From the IMG/VR virus record IMGVR_UViG_3300048583_000095, positions 1 through 63,273 of that record: a stretch of DNA of 63,273 bases; one strand, 5' to 3'. Shown piece after piece: positions 42,993 through 51,502 of this stretch. Within the stretch, counting starts at the first letter, position 1. Each line of letters begins with the position of its first letter. The position numbers were made by a program, and so were the translations under genes. Source of the stretch: a virus. The notes under the pieces are model-generated. The model saw only the letters and a list, made by a program, of their open reading frames with translations. It had not been told where the DNA came from and ran no database searches.

Positions 42993-44433
42993 GGCCTACC
43001 CCCGTCAGCAGTCGGCGAGCGCGCTCGGCGACGTCCTCGGGAGGCGGCGCGTCAATCCCGCCTTCTTGCGTCTCTGTCGTGTCGGGGTCGCCGGTCTCGA
43101 CGGTCTCGTTATTGCGGTTGTCGTCCTCGCTCGCGACGACTTCCGTCGTGACCGCGAGCCGGTGCTTCAGTTCGATGATCCGCTCAAGCTCGGCTTCGTC
43201 CGGCTGGTCGTTCTCCGAGAATCCGAGTTCACGCAGCAGCGCCGGGCCGGATAGCTCGCCACGGTCGTACGCTTCGAGCGCGACTTGCGACCGGTCCGGC
43301 CGCATGACGATCTCACTCGGGTCGTACCAGATAACCGCCCGGCCGCCTTGCGGCCCGGTGAGCGACCGGCCTTCGGCTTCGAGCGTGGGGTATAGGAACC
43401 CTTCCGTGAAGGCGTGGCAGATCATTTCCATATCGGGCGTAATGTGCACTTTGATGCCCGACTCTTCGATCTGCGCCGCGCCCCAATGGTTCATGTCGCC
43501 GAGCCCCGTCAACTGCTCGGCGGGGATGTCGAGCGCCGTCGCGAGGCGCGTCACGGCGGCGTTCCGCTGATCGAGCATCCGCTCAGAGAACGGGTTCGAC
43601 AGGTCGATCACGTGAATGAGATCGGAAATCTTCACGTCCGAATCGCCGAGATCAGCGCCGATCGGAATCTTAATGGTCGCCTGCGCGCTCGTCGGGTCGG
43701 CGACACCCTTCGAGCCGACGTCGACAAGAATCTGTGCGAACGGGTCGACCGACTCGGCGCTCACGGGCGTGGGCAGCTCGGGGAAGCTGAGCTTCCCCCG
43801 GTCGTACAGGATCACACCGTTCGCAGCCATGCGCGAGATGGTCTCGGCGATGATCCGACGATTGATCAGGTCAAGCTCTTTCATCGCACCGAGCGCGTAC
43901 GCCGCGCGCGAGGTCGCCCGCCATCCCCATCGGGGATGCGGACGCCAGAAACGCACGACGAGCGTGTCAACGGGAAGCGTCTCCCATGAGCGCGAGCTTT
44001 CGCCGACCCGAATCTGATACTCGCGGTTGCGAATCCGCAGCTCGTCGGCGCTGTACACCTTCCAGGTGCGTTCGCCGAAGATGTCTTCGACGCCGCATAG
44101 CCATCCTTCACCGGGCACGTTCAGGTGAATCGCGGTCTCGCCGAGAATCTGCGACTGCCCGCCGATGCCTCCGGCGAACTCGGCGACGAGATCGGCAATC
44201 GGCCCTTCAGTGATCGGAATCGGCTCGTCGCCTCCCGGCATGAACTCGGCAGCGATCAGCCGAACGCGGGAGATCGCGTTCGCCTTCCAATTCACCGCTG
44301 CCGAGAACTCTTCGAGCCGCTGATAGTAATCCCAGAGCTGATCTTGCTCCGACGTGTACTCGGGATCGTGCATCCGGCGCGGCGGGATGACAGCAGCGGA
44401 CGCCGTCACGCTGTTGAACGCCGGTAGCCGCAT
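42985..44433 (-). CDS. portal protein
   Basis: ORF trimmed to ATG 44433 (AGGGG RBS); 482 aa; position upstream of the MuF/protease and capsid genes. Confidence 0.8.
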   Translation of the reverse strand: MRLPAFNSVTASAAVIPPRRMHDPEYTSEQDQLWDYYQRLEEFSAAVNWKANAISRVRLIAAEFMPGGDEPIPITEGPIADLVAEFAGGIGGQSQILGETAIHLNVPGEGWLCGVEDIFGERTWKVYSADELRIRNREYQIRVGESSRSWETLPVDTLVVRFWRPHPRWGWRATSRAAYALGAMKELDLINRRIIAETISRMAANGVILYDRGKLSFPELPTPVSAESVDPFAQILVDVGSKGVADPTSAQATIKIPIGADLGDSDVKISDLIHVIDLSNPFSERMLDQRNAAVTRLATALDIPAEQLTGLGDMNHWGAAQIEESGIKVHITPDMEMICHAFTEGFLYPTLEAEGRSLTGPQGGRAVIWYDPSEIVMRPDRSQVALEAYDRGELSGPALLRELGFSENDQPDEAELERIIELKHRLAVTTEVVASEDDNRNNETVETGDPDTTETQEGGIDAPPPEDVAERARRLLTGVGRG

Positions 44434-44441
44434 GGTCGCCC

Positions 44442-44780
44442 CTAGTCTGAATCGATGCGCCCGATCAAGCCGACGATGGTCGACGTCGCGAGCCACAGCA
44501 ACGCGAACATAAGGTAATCGAGCCCGTACGCCATCGATACTAGCAACGATCCCGCACCTGAAACCCAGAATCCAATGCACCACGGGCACGAGAGCATGTA
44601 CGCCGTCTTCGAATTGAAGTGCGTATCCGAGCCTTCCGGCCCGTGCTTCGCGTACCAACGGCGTTCGAGTCCGAATCGAACCCGGTCGAAGAACGGTTCC
44701 GTGATCTTGTCCGTTGTGACGAGACGCGTCACGCGGTAGCAGGCGAGCGCGAGCACCGCGAAGAGCACAGCCTCATGCAT
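44442..44780 (-). CDS. membrane protein (DUF1360-like, CPWC motif), lysis-cassette member
   Basis: TM helices plus the SCPWCIGFW motif. Confidence 0.65.
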   Translation of the reverse strand: MHEAVLFAVLALACYRVTRLVTTDKITEPFFDRVRFGLERRWYAKHGPEGSDTHFNSKTAYMLSCPWCIGFWVSGAGSLLVSMAYGLDYLMFALLWLATSTIVGLIGRIDSD

Positions 44781-44985
44781 CCTCGTCGGTGTCCTTCCGC
44801 TTAGGCCACGCCTTCACGGTGGCGAGCACGAGCGCGCCGAAGGGAATCGCCGCGCCGAGCATGGCTTGCCACAGGGCGATTTCGTTGACTTCCGCATCGA
44901 CGTAGTAAGCGACCGTGGCGAGCACCGTTGCACCGAAGACGTACACGGTCGTACGCGGTGCGCTCGTGTTGTTCTGGTCGTTCAT
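44773..44985 (-). CDS. holin candidate (2 TM)
   Basis: ATG after GGGAGG; two hydrophobic helices and a charged C-terminus KRKDTDEDA; directly downstream of the endolysin. Confidence 0.6.
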   Translation of the reverse strand: MNDQNNTSAPRTTVYVFGATVLATVAYYVDAEVNEIALWQAMLGAAIPFGALVLATVKAWPKRKDTDEDA

Positions 44986-44998
44986 GGCGAGCCTCCCG

Positions 44999-45676
44999 TT
45001 ATAGGCCGAGCAGCTTGTTCCACGTGATCGGGCCGACAATGCCGTCAACCGGCTTCGCATACTTCGTCTGAAACGCTCGTACGGCCGATTCAGTTTTCGG
45101 GCCGAAGATGCCGTCAACCCGGATGTTGTGGCCCCACGCGATGAGCAGACCTTGCAGCATCCGAACCCGGCTGCCCTTGTTCCCGCGCTCGATCGTCGGC
45201 ATCTTGTCTCCCAGCTTCGTTCCGGTGCTCGGCTTCGACGGCTTCGCCGGAGGCGGCGCGCCGTCGCCCATCGACGCGATGCGCCATGCCGTCGAGCCGT
45301 TGTCGTAGTTCGTGGTGCTGCGGCCGTCCGGCCCGTTGCCGACCGATACGTGCGCGTGGCTCTTGTGCTTGTTCGAGCCGTTGTAATCCTGCGGTGCGAA
45401 GCCGTTCTTCCGCTGGTAGATCACCTCATTGAAGATCACGTAGCGCAAGTTCGGGTGCGGGTTATCGATCAGGTGCGCAACGAACGTTCCGAGGTTCATA
45501 CCGCCGTCGCCGAGTACGTCGATCGCGCAGACGACACCCTTCGCGTTCGGGTTGTGGTCGGAGTATCCGGCCTGATGATCCTCGTCGCCGATGTCCCATA
45601 CGGTCGTGCCGGGATACGCCGCTTTGACTTCCGCTTCGAGCTTCGCAAGACTCTTCGCGAGTCGCCAGCTAGCCAT
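44999..45676 (-). CDS. endolysin: N-terminal peptidase-like domain plus C-terminal peptidoglycan-binding domain
   Basis: C-terminus GSRVRMLQGLLIAWGHNIRVDGIFGPKTESAVRAFQ is a PG_binding_1 pattern; N-terminal His/Asp-rich catalytic-like region (SDHNP, HAHVS). Confidence 0.8.
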   Translation of the reverse strand: MASWRLAKSLAKLEAEVKAAYPGTTVWDIGDEDHQAGYSDHNPNAKGVVCAIDVLGDGGMNLGTFVAHLIDNPHPNLRYVIFNEVIYQRKNGFAPQDYNGSNKHKSHAHVSVGNGPDGRSTTNYDNGSTAWRIASMGDGAPPPAKPSKPSTGTKLGDKMPTIERGNKGSRVRMLQGLLIAWGHNIRVDGIFGPKTESAVRAFQTKYAKPVDGIVGPITWNKLLGL

Positions 45677-45902
45677 CCTGTACCCCTAGTCGGCTGCGCG
45701 CGATGGCGGCGTTCGCCCACATCATCGCGTCTTCGAGATGCGTTTGCGTGAGCGCCTTCTCGCGCGGCCGGTCGGCCGGAAGCAGCTCGTCGAGCGTCTG
45801 CGCGAGGTCGCCGAGCAAGGCGCGCACCTTCTCGTGCGCCTTCACGGCCGCCTCGTTCTTCGGCGGATGGTAAGCGAAACGGTGTGCGATTTCCTCATTC
45901 AT
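45669..45902 (-). CDS. hypothetical protein
   Basis: ORF trimmed to ATG 45902 (MNEEIAHRFAYHPP...). Confidence 0.65.
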   Translation of the reverse strand: MNEEIAHRFAYHPPKNEAAVKAHEKVRALLGDLAQTLDELLPADRPREKALTQTHLEDAMMWANAAIARSRLGVQDG

Positions 45903-45999
45903 ACCGCGAATGTAACATAATAGATTCGTACGGTTATGCAAAAGAGCATGACGAAGCCCCGGACGTTCGTACAGTCCGGGGCGGAAATCGGGCGGGAAT

Positions 46000-46296
46000 C
46001 TAAGCCGCTCGACCGAGCAGGTCGACGCGTCGAATCGTCTTCAGGGCTCGGCGCATCGCGCAGCTCTTCGCGACCGGGAGCGAGTACGGCGTCACAGCAT
46101 ACGTGCCGTACGCCATCTTCGTCAGCTTCGGCTTGTGGGCGACGATGATGTTCGCCGACCAATACCACCGGCCGCCGACCTCGTGCACCTGAAGGTATGC
46201 GCGCCCGGTGCGGTCGGCCGTGTTCACCTGCGCGAGGTAGCGCACGCGAACTTCGCCGGTCCACTCGTTCAGCTCTTCGACTCGCTGCCACTTCAT
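46000..46296 (-). CDS. hypothetical protein
   Basis: ATG after AGACGAGAGGACGAAACG motif (minus strand). Confidence 0.7.
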   Translation of the reverse strand: MKWQRVEELNEWTGEVRVRYLAQVNTADRTGRAYLQVHEVGGRWYWSANIIVAHKPKLTKMAYGTYAVTPYSLPVAKSCAMRRALKTIRRVDLLGRAA

Positions 46297-46414
46297 CGTT
46301 TCGTCCTCTCGTCTGTGTCCTTCGAGCCTATCGCGTGGGCACGCCGCGTGCTTGTCGCCGAGCAACAAATTTTTTCCCCGATCTTTGTAGGGTCGGGTAC
46401 ATGCGGCACGCTGC

Positions 46415-46431
46415 AACTCTGATAGTATTCA
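46415..46431 (+). promoter_or_regulatory. class-1 promoter-like box AACTCTGATAGTATTCA
   Basis: Member of the ACTCTGAYAnnATTC family; 35 nt upstream of ATG 46466. Confidence 0.55.
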
Positions 46432-46465
46432 GGGACCGACACGACGACGGACAAAGGATGAAACG

Positions 46466-46702
46466 ATGAACGCTCAGGCTCTCAACACGATCAACGTTCT
46501 GACCACCCGCCGCAACCTTGCGGCTCGGAAGCTCGCGCAGCTCGGCGACGCCATGGCGGCCGACGTGCGCTCGCAGCTTCAGACCTTCATCATCGGAGCC
46601 GACGCGCGGGCGCGCGCGCTCGGCGCTCGCCTCGTCGCGATGCCCGGCCGCCCCGGGGCCGTCATCGCCGATGTGTTCCTGTCGATGGTCGCCGACGACT
46701 GA
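46466..46702 (+). CDS. hypothetical protein (reverse-oriented insert in the leftward late block)
   Basis: Own promoter box and RBS motif GGACAAAGGATGAAACG; shares a bidirectional terminator with the terminase gene. Confidence 0.7.
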   Translation: MNAQALNTINVLTTRRNLAARKLAQLGDAMAADVRSQLQTFIIGADARARALGARLVAMPGRPGAVIADVFLSMVADD

Positions 46703-46716
46703 CCTACTCGACACCG

Positions 46717-46744
46717 TGAGCCCGCCCCTTCGGGGGCGGGCTCA
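46717..46744. terminator. bidirectional terminator hairpin
   Basis: TGAGCCCGCCCC-TTCG-GGGGCGGGCTCA between convergent genes. Confidence 0.8.
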
Positions 46745-48292
46745 TCGGCGTGGAACGAGGCTCGTCGGGATGCCGGACGGGAAGCCGGGGATGAACGAGT
46801 TCGGGAACACCGCACCCGGACCGGCGATGCCTCCCGTGAGGTCGGCGGCGTCGAACGCCTGCCGCGAGTCCGACACGGGCGGAATCCAAATGCCGTCGAA
46901 GAACGCGAGTAGCAGCGCGTCGGCGATGTCGGGAGAGCGGCCGAGTCGTTCCTTCACATCCTCTTTCGGCTCGACGAGGATGCGGCCGTTCTTCTCTAGA
47001 TAGCGCGGCATCGTGAGTTCGGCAATCGCATCATCGTCGAGGTTCGCGAGTGACCACGCCTTGTCCCGGGACAGCTCGCGGCCGTGCCACCAGGCTTCGG
47101 CGCGGATGTTCACGAAGCGCTTCGGGAAGTTCGAGCGGTCGGAGAACTTGACGCTCTCGATCGCCACGCCTTCGGCCTTGAGTTCCTTGCGCAGCATCCC
47201 GGCGAGGCCCCACCCGACGCCGATCGTGTCGACGTTCACGCGCGTGAGTCGCCATCGTCGGATCACGTCGGCAAGCTTCTCGGCCGCCGCTTCGGGGTCC
47301 CGTTCTTGGAACGACTCGACGCGGCCGACAGCGTCGTTCACGCGCTCGACGAGCACCGTACGGTCGCCGCCCGCACCGATGTCGAGCCCGCCGACGCGCA
47401 CCGGATCGGCGTCGTAGGCCGGTTCGATGTAGCGGCACGCGGCGGCGTGCACTTCGGAGATCACGCGCCACGGGTCGGCCGCGCCGGTCGGGAAGTGTCC
47501 GAGTACCTTCGCCTGATACAGCGCCGACTCTTCGCCCCACTCGGCGCGCCGGTCTTCCGCCCACTCCGGCGAGATCAGGTAGTCGAGCAGTTCGGCCGGG
47601 ACGGCTTCGCCCGTGAGCGCGGGCGCGTGCTCGATCCCGATGTGAATGACGTTGTACGGGCTCGACGGCTTGCACGCCGTCGCGAGTGGCGAGTGCGGCA
47701 GGTCGGGGTTCCCGATCGCGAGGATGCGAGAGAGCCGGTTCGATGCGATCGACTCGGCCGCCTCCCAAATCTTCGTGTCGACGCCTGAAGCCTCGTCGAG
47801 AATGACGAGCACGTACTTCGAGTGCACACCCTGAAACGCGGCTTCGTTGTCCTTCGACGTGGTGCGGCCGAAGGCAACTAGCTCTTCGCCTCCGGCGTCG
47901 TTCGGGATGTACCACTCAGTGAGGTTCACCCGGCCGAAGAGGTTCGCGCGCCCGTGCAGGCGGCCGATTTCACGCCAGAGCAGCGCCTTCACCTGCGGTG
48001 CGGTCGGCGCAGTCGAGAGTACGAAGGCTTCGCCGGGCTTGTGCGAGGCAATCCACCACGCCGCCGTCACGGCCGCCGTGAACGTCTTGCCGACGTTGTG
48101 GCACGAGTGCACGGCCGTGCGTCGGTGGTCGCGTACGGACTGAATCACGTCCCGCTGCTTCGACCACAGGTGCACGCCGACGTCGGTCGCCCACCGAACG
48201 GGGTCGGCCGTGTAGTCGATCTTCGCGCGCTCGGCATCGTCGAGCGCGGCAATGATCTCTGTCGCGAGGTCGGGCGATTCAGGCGCGTGCAT
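46742..48292 (-). CDS. terminase large subunit
   Basis: ORF trimmed to ATG 48292. Walker A-like HSCHNVGKTFTAAV, Walker B VLVILDEASGV, C-terminal nuclease-like region. Confidence 0.85.
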   Translation of the reverse strand: MHAPESPDLATEIIAALDDAERAKIDYTADPVRWATDVGVHLWSKQRDVIQSVRDHRRTAVHSCHNVGKTFTAAVTAAWWIASHKPGEAFVLSTAPTAPQVKALLWREIGRLHGRANLFGRVNLTEWYIPNDAGGEELVAFGRTTSKDNEAAFQGVHSKYVLVILDEASGVDTKIWEAAESIASNRLSRILAIGNPDLPHSPLATACKPSSPYNVIHIGIEHAPALTGEAVPAELLDYLISPEWAEDRRAEWGEESALYQAKVLGHFPTGAADPWRVISEVHAAACRYIEPAYDADPVRVGGLDIGAGGDRTVLVERVNDAVGRVESFQERDPEAAAEKLADVIRRWRLTRVNVDTIGVGWGLAGMLRKELKAEGVAIESVKFSDRSNFPKRFVNIRAEAWWHGRELSRDKAWSLANLDDDAIAELTMPRYLEKNGRILVEPKEDVKERLGRSPDIADALLLAFFDGIWIPPVSDSRQAFDAADLTGGIAGPGAVFPNSFIPGFPSGIPTSLVPRR

Positions 48293-48303
48293 ACCGTGAG
48301 TAT

Positions 48304-48330
48304 ACGAAAACGGCCGCCCGAAGGCGGCCG
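48304..48330 (-). terminator. terminator hairpin upstream of the terminase gene
   Basis: Coding-strand CGGCCGCC-TTCG-GGCGGCCG followed by TTTTCG. Confidence 0.65.
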
Positions 48331-48339
48331 TTCGCGGTG

Positions 48340-48642
48340 CTACAGGATCGGGCTCGGCGTCTTCGTGCGGCGCGCCGCCTTCGCCTTGACCGTGGGGCGG
48401 TTCTGCCGCTTCGTGTACCACGCCTTGAGCGCGTCGTACTCGAAGACGAAGCGCGCCTTGCTCTTGTTCGCCTTGCGCCACGACTCGTCGGTGTCGATCT
48501 TGAGCCGGATCAAGCGCGGGTCGGCCGCCTTGTCGCTCATCTGGAGCATTGCACGGAAGTAGTCGCGCGAATAGCCGAAGTGGTCGGCCGCCTGGTCGGC
48601 CGTCAGCAGGTCGCCCGGCTCATAAATGATCACGGTTTTCAT
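48340..48642 (-). CDS. HTH DNA-binding protein (small terminase or excisionase-like candidate)
   Basis: LLTADQAADHFGYSRDYFRAML helix-turn-helix-like segment; basic C-terminus; immediately upstream of the large terminase. Confidence 0.55.
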   Translation of the reverse strand: MKTVIIYEPGDLLTADQAADHFGYSRDYFRAMLQMSDKAADPRLIRLKIDTDESWRKANKSKARFVFEYDALKAWYTKRQNRPTVKAKAARRTKTPSPIL

Positions 48643-48666
48643 CCTATGTCTTCCCTTCGTCGTTAT

Positions 48667-48846
48667 CTAGTACATGTACGGATCGGCGTCGGTAACCCGC
48701 TCGATCTGCGTCGTATCGTCGGTGCACTCCGCAGGCTCCGGCTCAGTCTCGTCGTCAGCGTCGAAGGCTCGGGAACCGAGCACGACGCCGACGATCGGAC
48801 CGGCCGCGAGCACTGCCACGCTCCCGACGTACAGCCAAACATTCAT
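48667..48846 (-). CDS. small membrane protein (59 aa)
   Basis: ATGA overlap with the upstream ORF; MNVWLYVGSVAVLAAGPIVGVVLG TM helix then an acidic tail; below the ORF-track cut-off. Confidence 0.45.
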   Translation of the reverse strand: MNVWLYVGSVAVLAAGPIVGVVLGSRAFDADDETEPEPAECTDDTTQIERVTDADPYMY

Positions 48847-48959
48847 GGTCCTACCTTGAGGTACGTCTCGGCGAGCGCGATCAATACGAGCGCCGAGAGC
48901 GTCATTACCGCGCCGACGATCACAAGCATGAGACCGACGCGCTTCGGATCGAGCTTCAC
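48843..48959 (-). CDS. small membrane protein (38 aa)
   Basis: GTGA overlap with the upstream stop; GLMLVIVGAVMTLSALVLIALA helix. Confidence 0.4.
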   Translation of the reverse strand: MKLDPKRVGLMLVIVGAVMTLSALVLIALAETYLKVGP

Positions 48960-49255
48960 GCCGTATCGGGGCCGTACAGCGCCGTCATGATCTCGTCGCG
49001 CCGGTCGGTGGCGTGCTGTGCGAACTCGTCGGCGAAGCCTTCGAGACCACGAATCGCCCGGATGGCGAGCGGTGCGTTTCGCAGCAGCGCGAGCGCGGCT
49101 TTCTCGGCGTCGGCGATCTGCTCTTTCGTGGCGTCTTTCGCCTGTCCAGATTCGATCTGCTCGGCGAGCAACTGCACGCCTTCGGCGAAGCTCTTCACTT
49201 CGAGCGCTCGCAGGGTCGGCGTGTACACGATCGTCTTCTCTGTCATGCTGTCCAT
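48956..49255 (-). CDS. hypothetical protein
   Basis: ORF trimmed to ATG 49255 (MDSMTEKTIVY...); helical. Confidence 0.65.
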   Translation of the reverse strand: MDSMTEKTIVYTPTLRALEVKSFAEGVQLLAEQIESGQAKDATKEQIADAEKAALALLRNAPLAIRAIRGLEGFADEFAQHATDRRDEIMTALYGPDTA

Positions 49256-49260
49256 TCTCT

Positions 49261-49455
49261 CTAACCGAAGATGATCAAGCCACCGACGAGGATCGCGACC
49301 ACGCCGACGCAGAGCGCCGTAAAGAACACGGCTCCGACGACGATGTCGCGCCACAGGGGATCGGGCTTGCGCGCCGTCTTCGAGCGGTACACACCCGCCC
49401 GGCCGTCGCGGTGCGACGGCGTCGCCTTGTGCCTGGTCGTAGTCATGATCGTCAT
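49261..49455 (-). CDS. small membrane protein
   Basis: ATG after CAGGATGAAATC; C-terminal TM helix IVVGAVFFTALCVGVVAILVGGLIIF. Confidence 0.6.
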   Translation of the reverse strand: MTIMTTTRHKATPSHRDGRAGVYRSKTARKPDPLWRDIVVGAVFFTALCVGVVAILVGGLIIFG

Positions 49456-49553
49456 GATTTCATCCTGTGTCGCGAGCGGCCGGTGCCCGTGCGTGGAAGT
49501 GGTGCGATCTAGGTTGCGCCTAGGCACCGGCCCTTGTTAGCTGCCCTCCCAAC

Positions 49554-49994
49554 CTAGCAGACGGCGCGGTCGATGCTGATCACGTCGGCGCGGAAACCGA
49601 GTCGCTTCGCGAAGAGCTTTGCGATCTTCTCGAAGGTGTTCGCCTTGATCGTGATGGTTCCGGCCGTCAGCATGTAGCGGCGGCCGACGCGGACGATCGA
49701 ACCGCCCACGGTGCGGCCGTCGAAGGCGGCCGTGACGATGGCGCGGCCGGGAGCGTCGCGCAGAATGGCGACCTCGTTCGGCTGCTGCGACTGGCCGACC
49801 TGCTCGGCGAAGCGCTCTTGCGCGGCGTCGTCGATGTTCTCGATCGCGATCGACAGCTCGGCGAGGCCGTCGTGAGCGAGCACGGCGACGAGTTCGCCCT
49901 TCTTCATCGTCGAGCGTCCGGCGATGTTGTATGAAGCGGCGAGCTTACGCAGCTCGGCAACAGTCTTGCTGTTCAGGGAAGCCGTGAGGTTCAT
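49554..49994 (-). CDS. protein with a Rho-N/SAP-like N-terminal motif
   Basis: TVAELRKLAASYNIAGRSTMKKGELVAVL; ATG after AGACGATAGGACGAAACG motif. Confidence 0.7.
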   Translation of the reverse strand: MNLTASLNSKTVAELRKLAASYNIAGRSTMKKGELVAVLAHDGLAELSIAIENIDDAAQERFAEQVGQSQQPNEVAILRDAPGRAIVTAAFDGRTVGGSIVRVGRRYMLTAGTITIKANTFEKIAKLFAKRLGFRADVISIDRAVC

Positions 49995-50050
49995 CGTTTC
50001 GTCCTATCGTCTGTCGTCGTTCTGACTGGTAAAAGTAATTTAGCATGGCA

Positions 50051-50079
50051 TCGGGGGACCCTGCAAGGGGGTCCCCCGA
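50051..50079. terminator. bidirectional hairpin between dcd and the next transcription unit
   Basis: TCGGGGGACCC-7 nt-GGGTCCCCCGA with flanking A/T runs. Confidence 0.7.
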
Positions 50080-50107
50080 TTTATTTCAGAGCATGTATTT
50101 CCGCAGG

Positions 50108-50605
50108 TCACAGCACGCTAGGCGTGGCTCCGGCCTGCCCTTGGTAGTGGCTCCCAAGGTCGGGGGAGCCGTACGGCCGCTCAGAACGGCTCATGCAGCG
50201 AAGGTACGTGATCTGACACAACCGCGCGCCCACCGGAAGTCGCAGCGTCTCTGTCTGCGTGAGGTTCTTCAGTTCGAGCGTGATCGTGCCCCGGAAGCCG
50301 GGGTCAACGAACCCGGCCGTCGCGTGCACGAGCAGTCCCTTCCGACCCCACGACGACCGGCCTTCGACCCGTGCGGCGTAGCCGTTCGGCACGTACACAG
50401 CTTCACGTGTGGTGGTAAGGATGAACTCGCCGGGCGCGAGCGCGTACGACGCGCCTTTGACAAGCTCGTGCTTCACGCCGTCTGCGATGAACTCGTTCCC
50501 TAGCGTGAGATCGACGCTCGCAGGTTGCAGGTGATCAGCTTCCCACGGCTCGACGATCCCGTGTCGCCGTTGCAAGTCCCACAGATCGATGTCGGCAAGG
50601 ATCAC
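50108..50605 (-). CDS. dcd: dCTP deaminase (dUTPase superfamily)
   Basis: QPASVDLTLG ... GRSSWGRKGLLVHATAGFVDPGFRGTITLEL signature. Confidence 0.88.
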   Translation of the reverse strand: MILADIDLWDLQRRHGIVEPWEADHLQPASVDLTLGNEFIADGVKHELVKGASYALAPGEFILTTTREAVYVPNGYAARVEGRSSWGRKGLLVHATAGFVDPGFRGTITLELKNLTQTETLRLPVGARLCQITYLRCMSRSERPYGSPDLGSHYQGQAGATPSVL

Positions 50606-50739
50606 CGGTCACCCTCCGGCTTCGTGCCGTACTTCTTCGCGAAGGGGTTCCCCTTCGTCGTCTGGTCGCGCACCTGCTCGGTTTGCGGATCACGCGGCGT
50701 CGGCCGCGAGCCGATGCGGGGCGGACGTTGGTCTGCCAT
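50602..50739 (-). CDS. small basic protein (45 aa)
   Basis: ATG after GAGGATTGACC; ATGA-type coupling to dcd. Confidence 0.5.
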   Translation of the reverse strand: MADQRPPRIGSRPTPRDPQTEQVRDQTTKGNPFAKKYGTKPEGDR

Positions 50740-50741
50740 GG

Positions 50742-51242
50742 TCAATCCTCCGTGTTCTCGTCGTGCGTGGCGCACGTCGGCTTGTCGATCTCCGTGCGCG
50801 CATAGCAGTCGTACGTCTGGCAGCACAGCACGGCCGTGCAGATGTGTGCGTACGCGCCGTATTCCTGCTCGAAGAGTGCTTCAGGCGCGTCGCCCCGGTC
50901 GACCGTGTTCCGCGCCGCCTGCGCGTCCTCCTGCGCCGAGCGGATCACAACGACGATCTGCACGGGCAGCTCGGGCAAGAACGGCACGATCTCGGCGGGC
51001 GCGTGGTGCGCCGGATCGCGGTAGCCGTGCTGATTCTCGAAGCGCTGCGCGCCGCCGAAGGCCCCGTTCCGGTTCTTGTACACGAACCGCTTGATAGGGG
51101 GCGCGCTCGGCGAGTCGCCCCGGTGCTGCACGCTCAGCTCGGCGCGGCCGTCGTCGTAGTTGATCAGCGTGTACTGAAACGCGGCGCTGAGCGCCTGCTG
51201 AATGTTGATCTGCTTCGGATGCAGGTTCCACACGAGTTGCAT
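50742..51242 (-). CDS. hypothetical protein with a Cys-rich C-terminus
   Basis: ORF trimmed to the ATG after CGACGAGAGGACAGACG motif; divergent from the Y-RNA/Ro60 operon. Confidence 0.7.
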   Translation of the reverse strand: MQLVWNLHPKQINIQQALSAAFQYTLINYDDGRAELSVQHRGDSPSAPPIKRFVYKNRNGAFGGAQRFENQHGYRDPAHHAPAEIVPFLPELPVQIVVVIRSAQEDAQAARNTVDRGDAPEALFEQEYGAYAHICTAVLCCQTYDCYARTEIDKPTCATHDENTED

Positions 51243-51345
51243 CGTCTGTCCTCTCGTCGGTTGTCGATGAGAAAATTTTATCACGGGCCGATCGAGTCCA
51301 CGGCACCGGCCTTGAGCTGCGGCGACGCCGAAGGCGGGTACCCGG

Positions 51346-51374
51346 TTGCGAGCCTTCGGACCCTCGTGTATATT
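51346..51374 (+). promoter_or_regulatory. near-consensus sigma-70/SigA-type promoter TTGCGA-17-TATATT with TG extension
   Basis: -35 at 51346-51351; TG at 51367-51368; -10 at 51369-51374; predicted start near 51381, where the first Y-RNA-like helix begins. Confidence 0.7.
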
Positions 51375-51381
51375 CGAATCA

Positions 51382-51500
51382 TGCACCGCTCGAAGTGCCG
51401 TGAATGGCTACTTCATTGGTTCGATTCCGATCGGTCCCCCTTACTTGGGACCGTGCCCGTTGGCGGGCATATCCGATCACACTTTGATTCGAGCGGCACA
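51382..51500 (+). ncRNA. Y RNA-like module 1 (YrlA-like, with tRNA-like domain)
   Basis: Closing helix CCGCTCGAA (51386-94) / TTCGAGCGG (51488-96) with CGAAGTG and GATTCG. T-arm ATTGG-TTCGATT-CCGAT. Closed acceptor-like hairpin CGGTCCC-8 nt-GGGACCG. D-arm CCCG-TTGG-CGGG. Confidence 0.6.
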
Positions 51501-51502
51501 AC

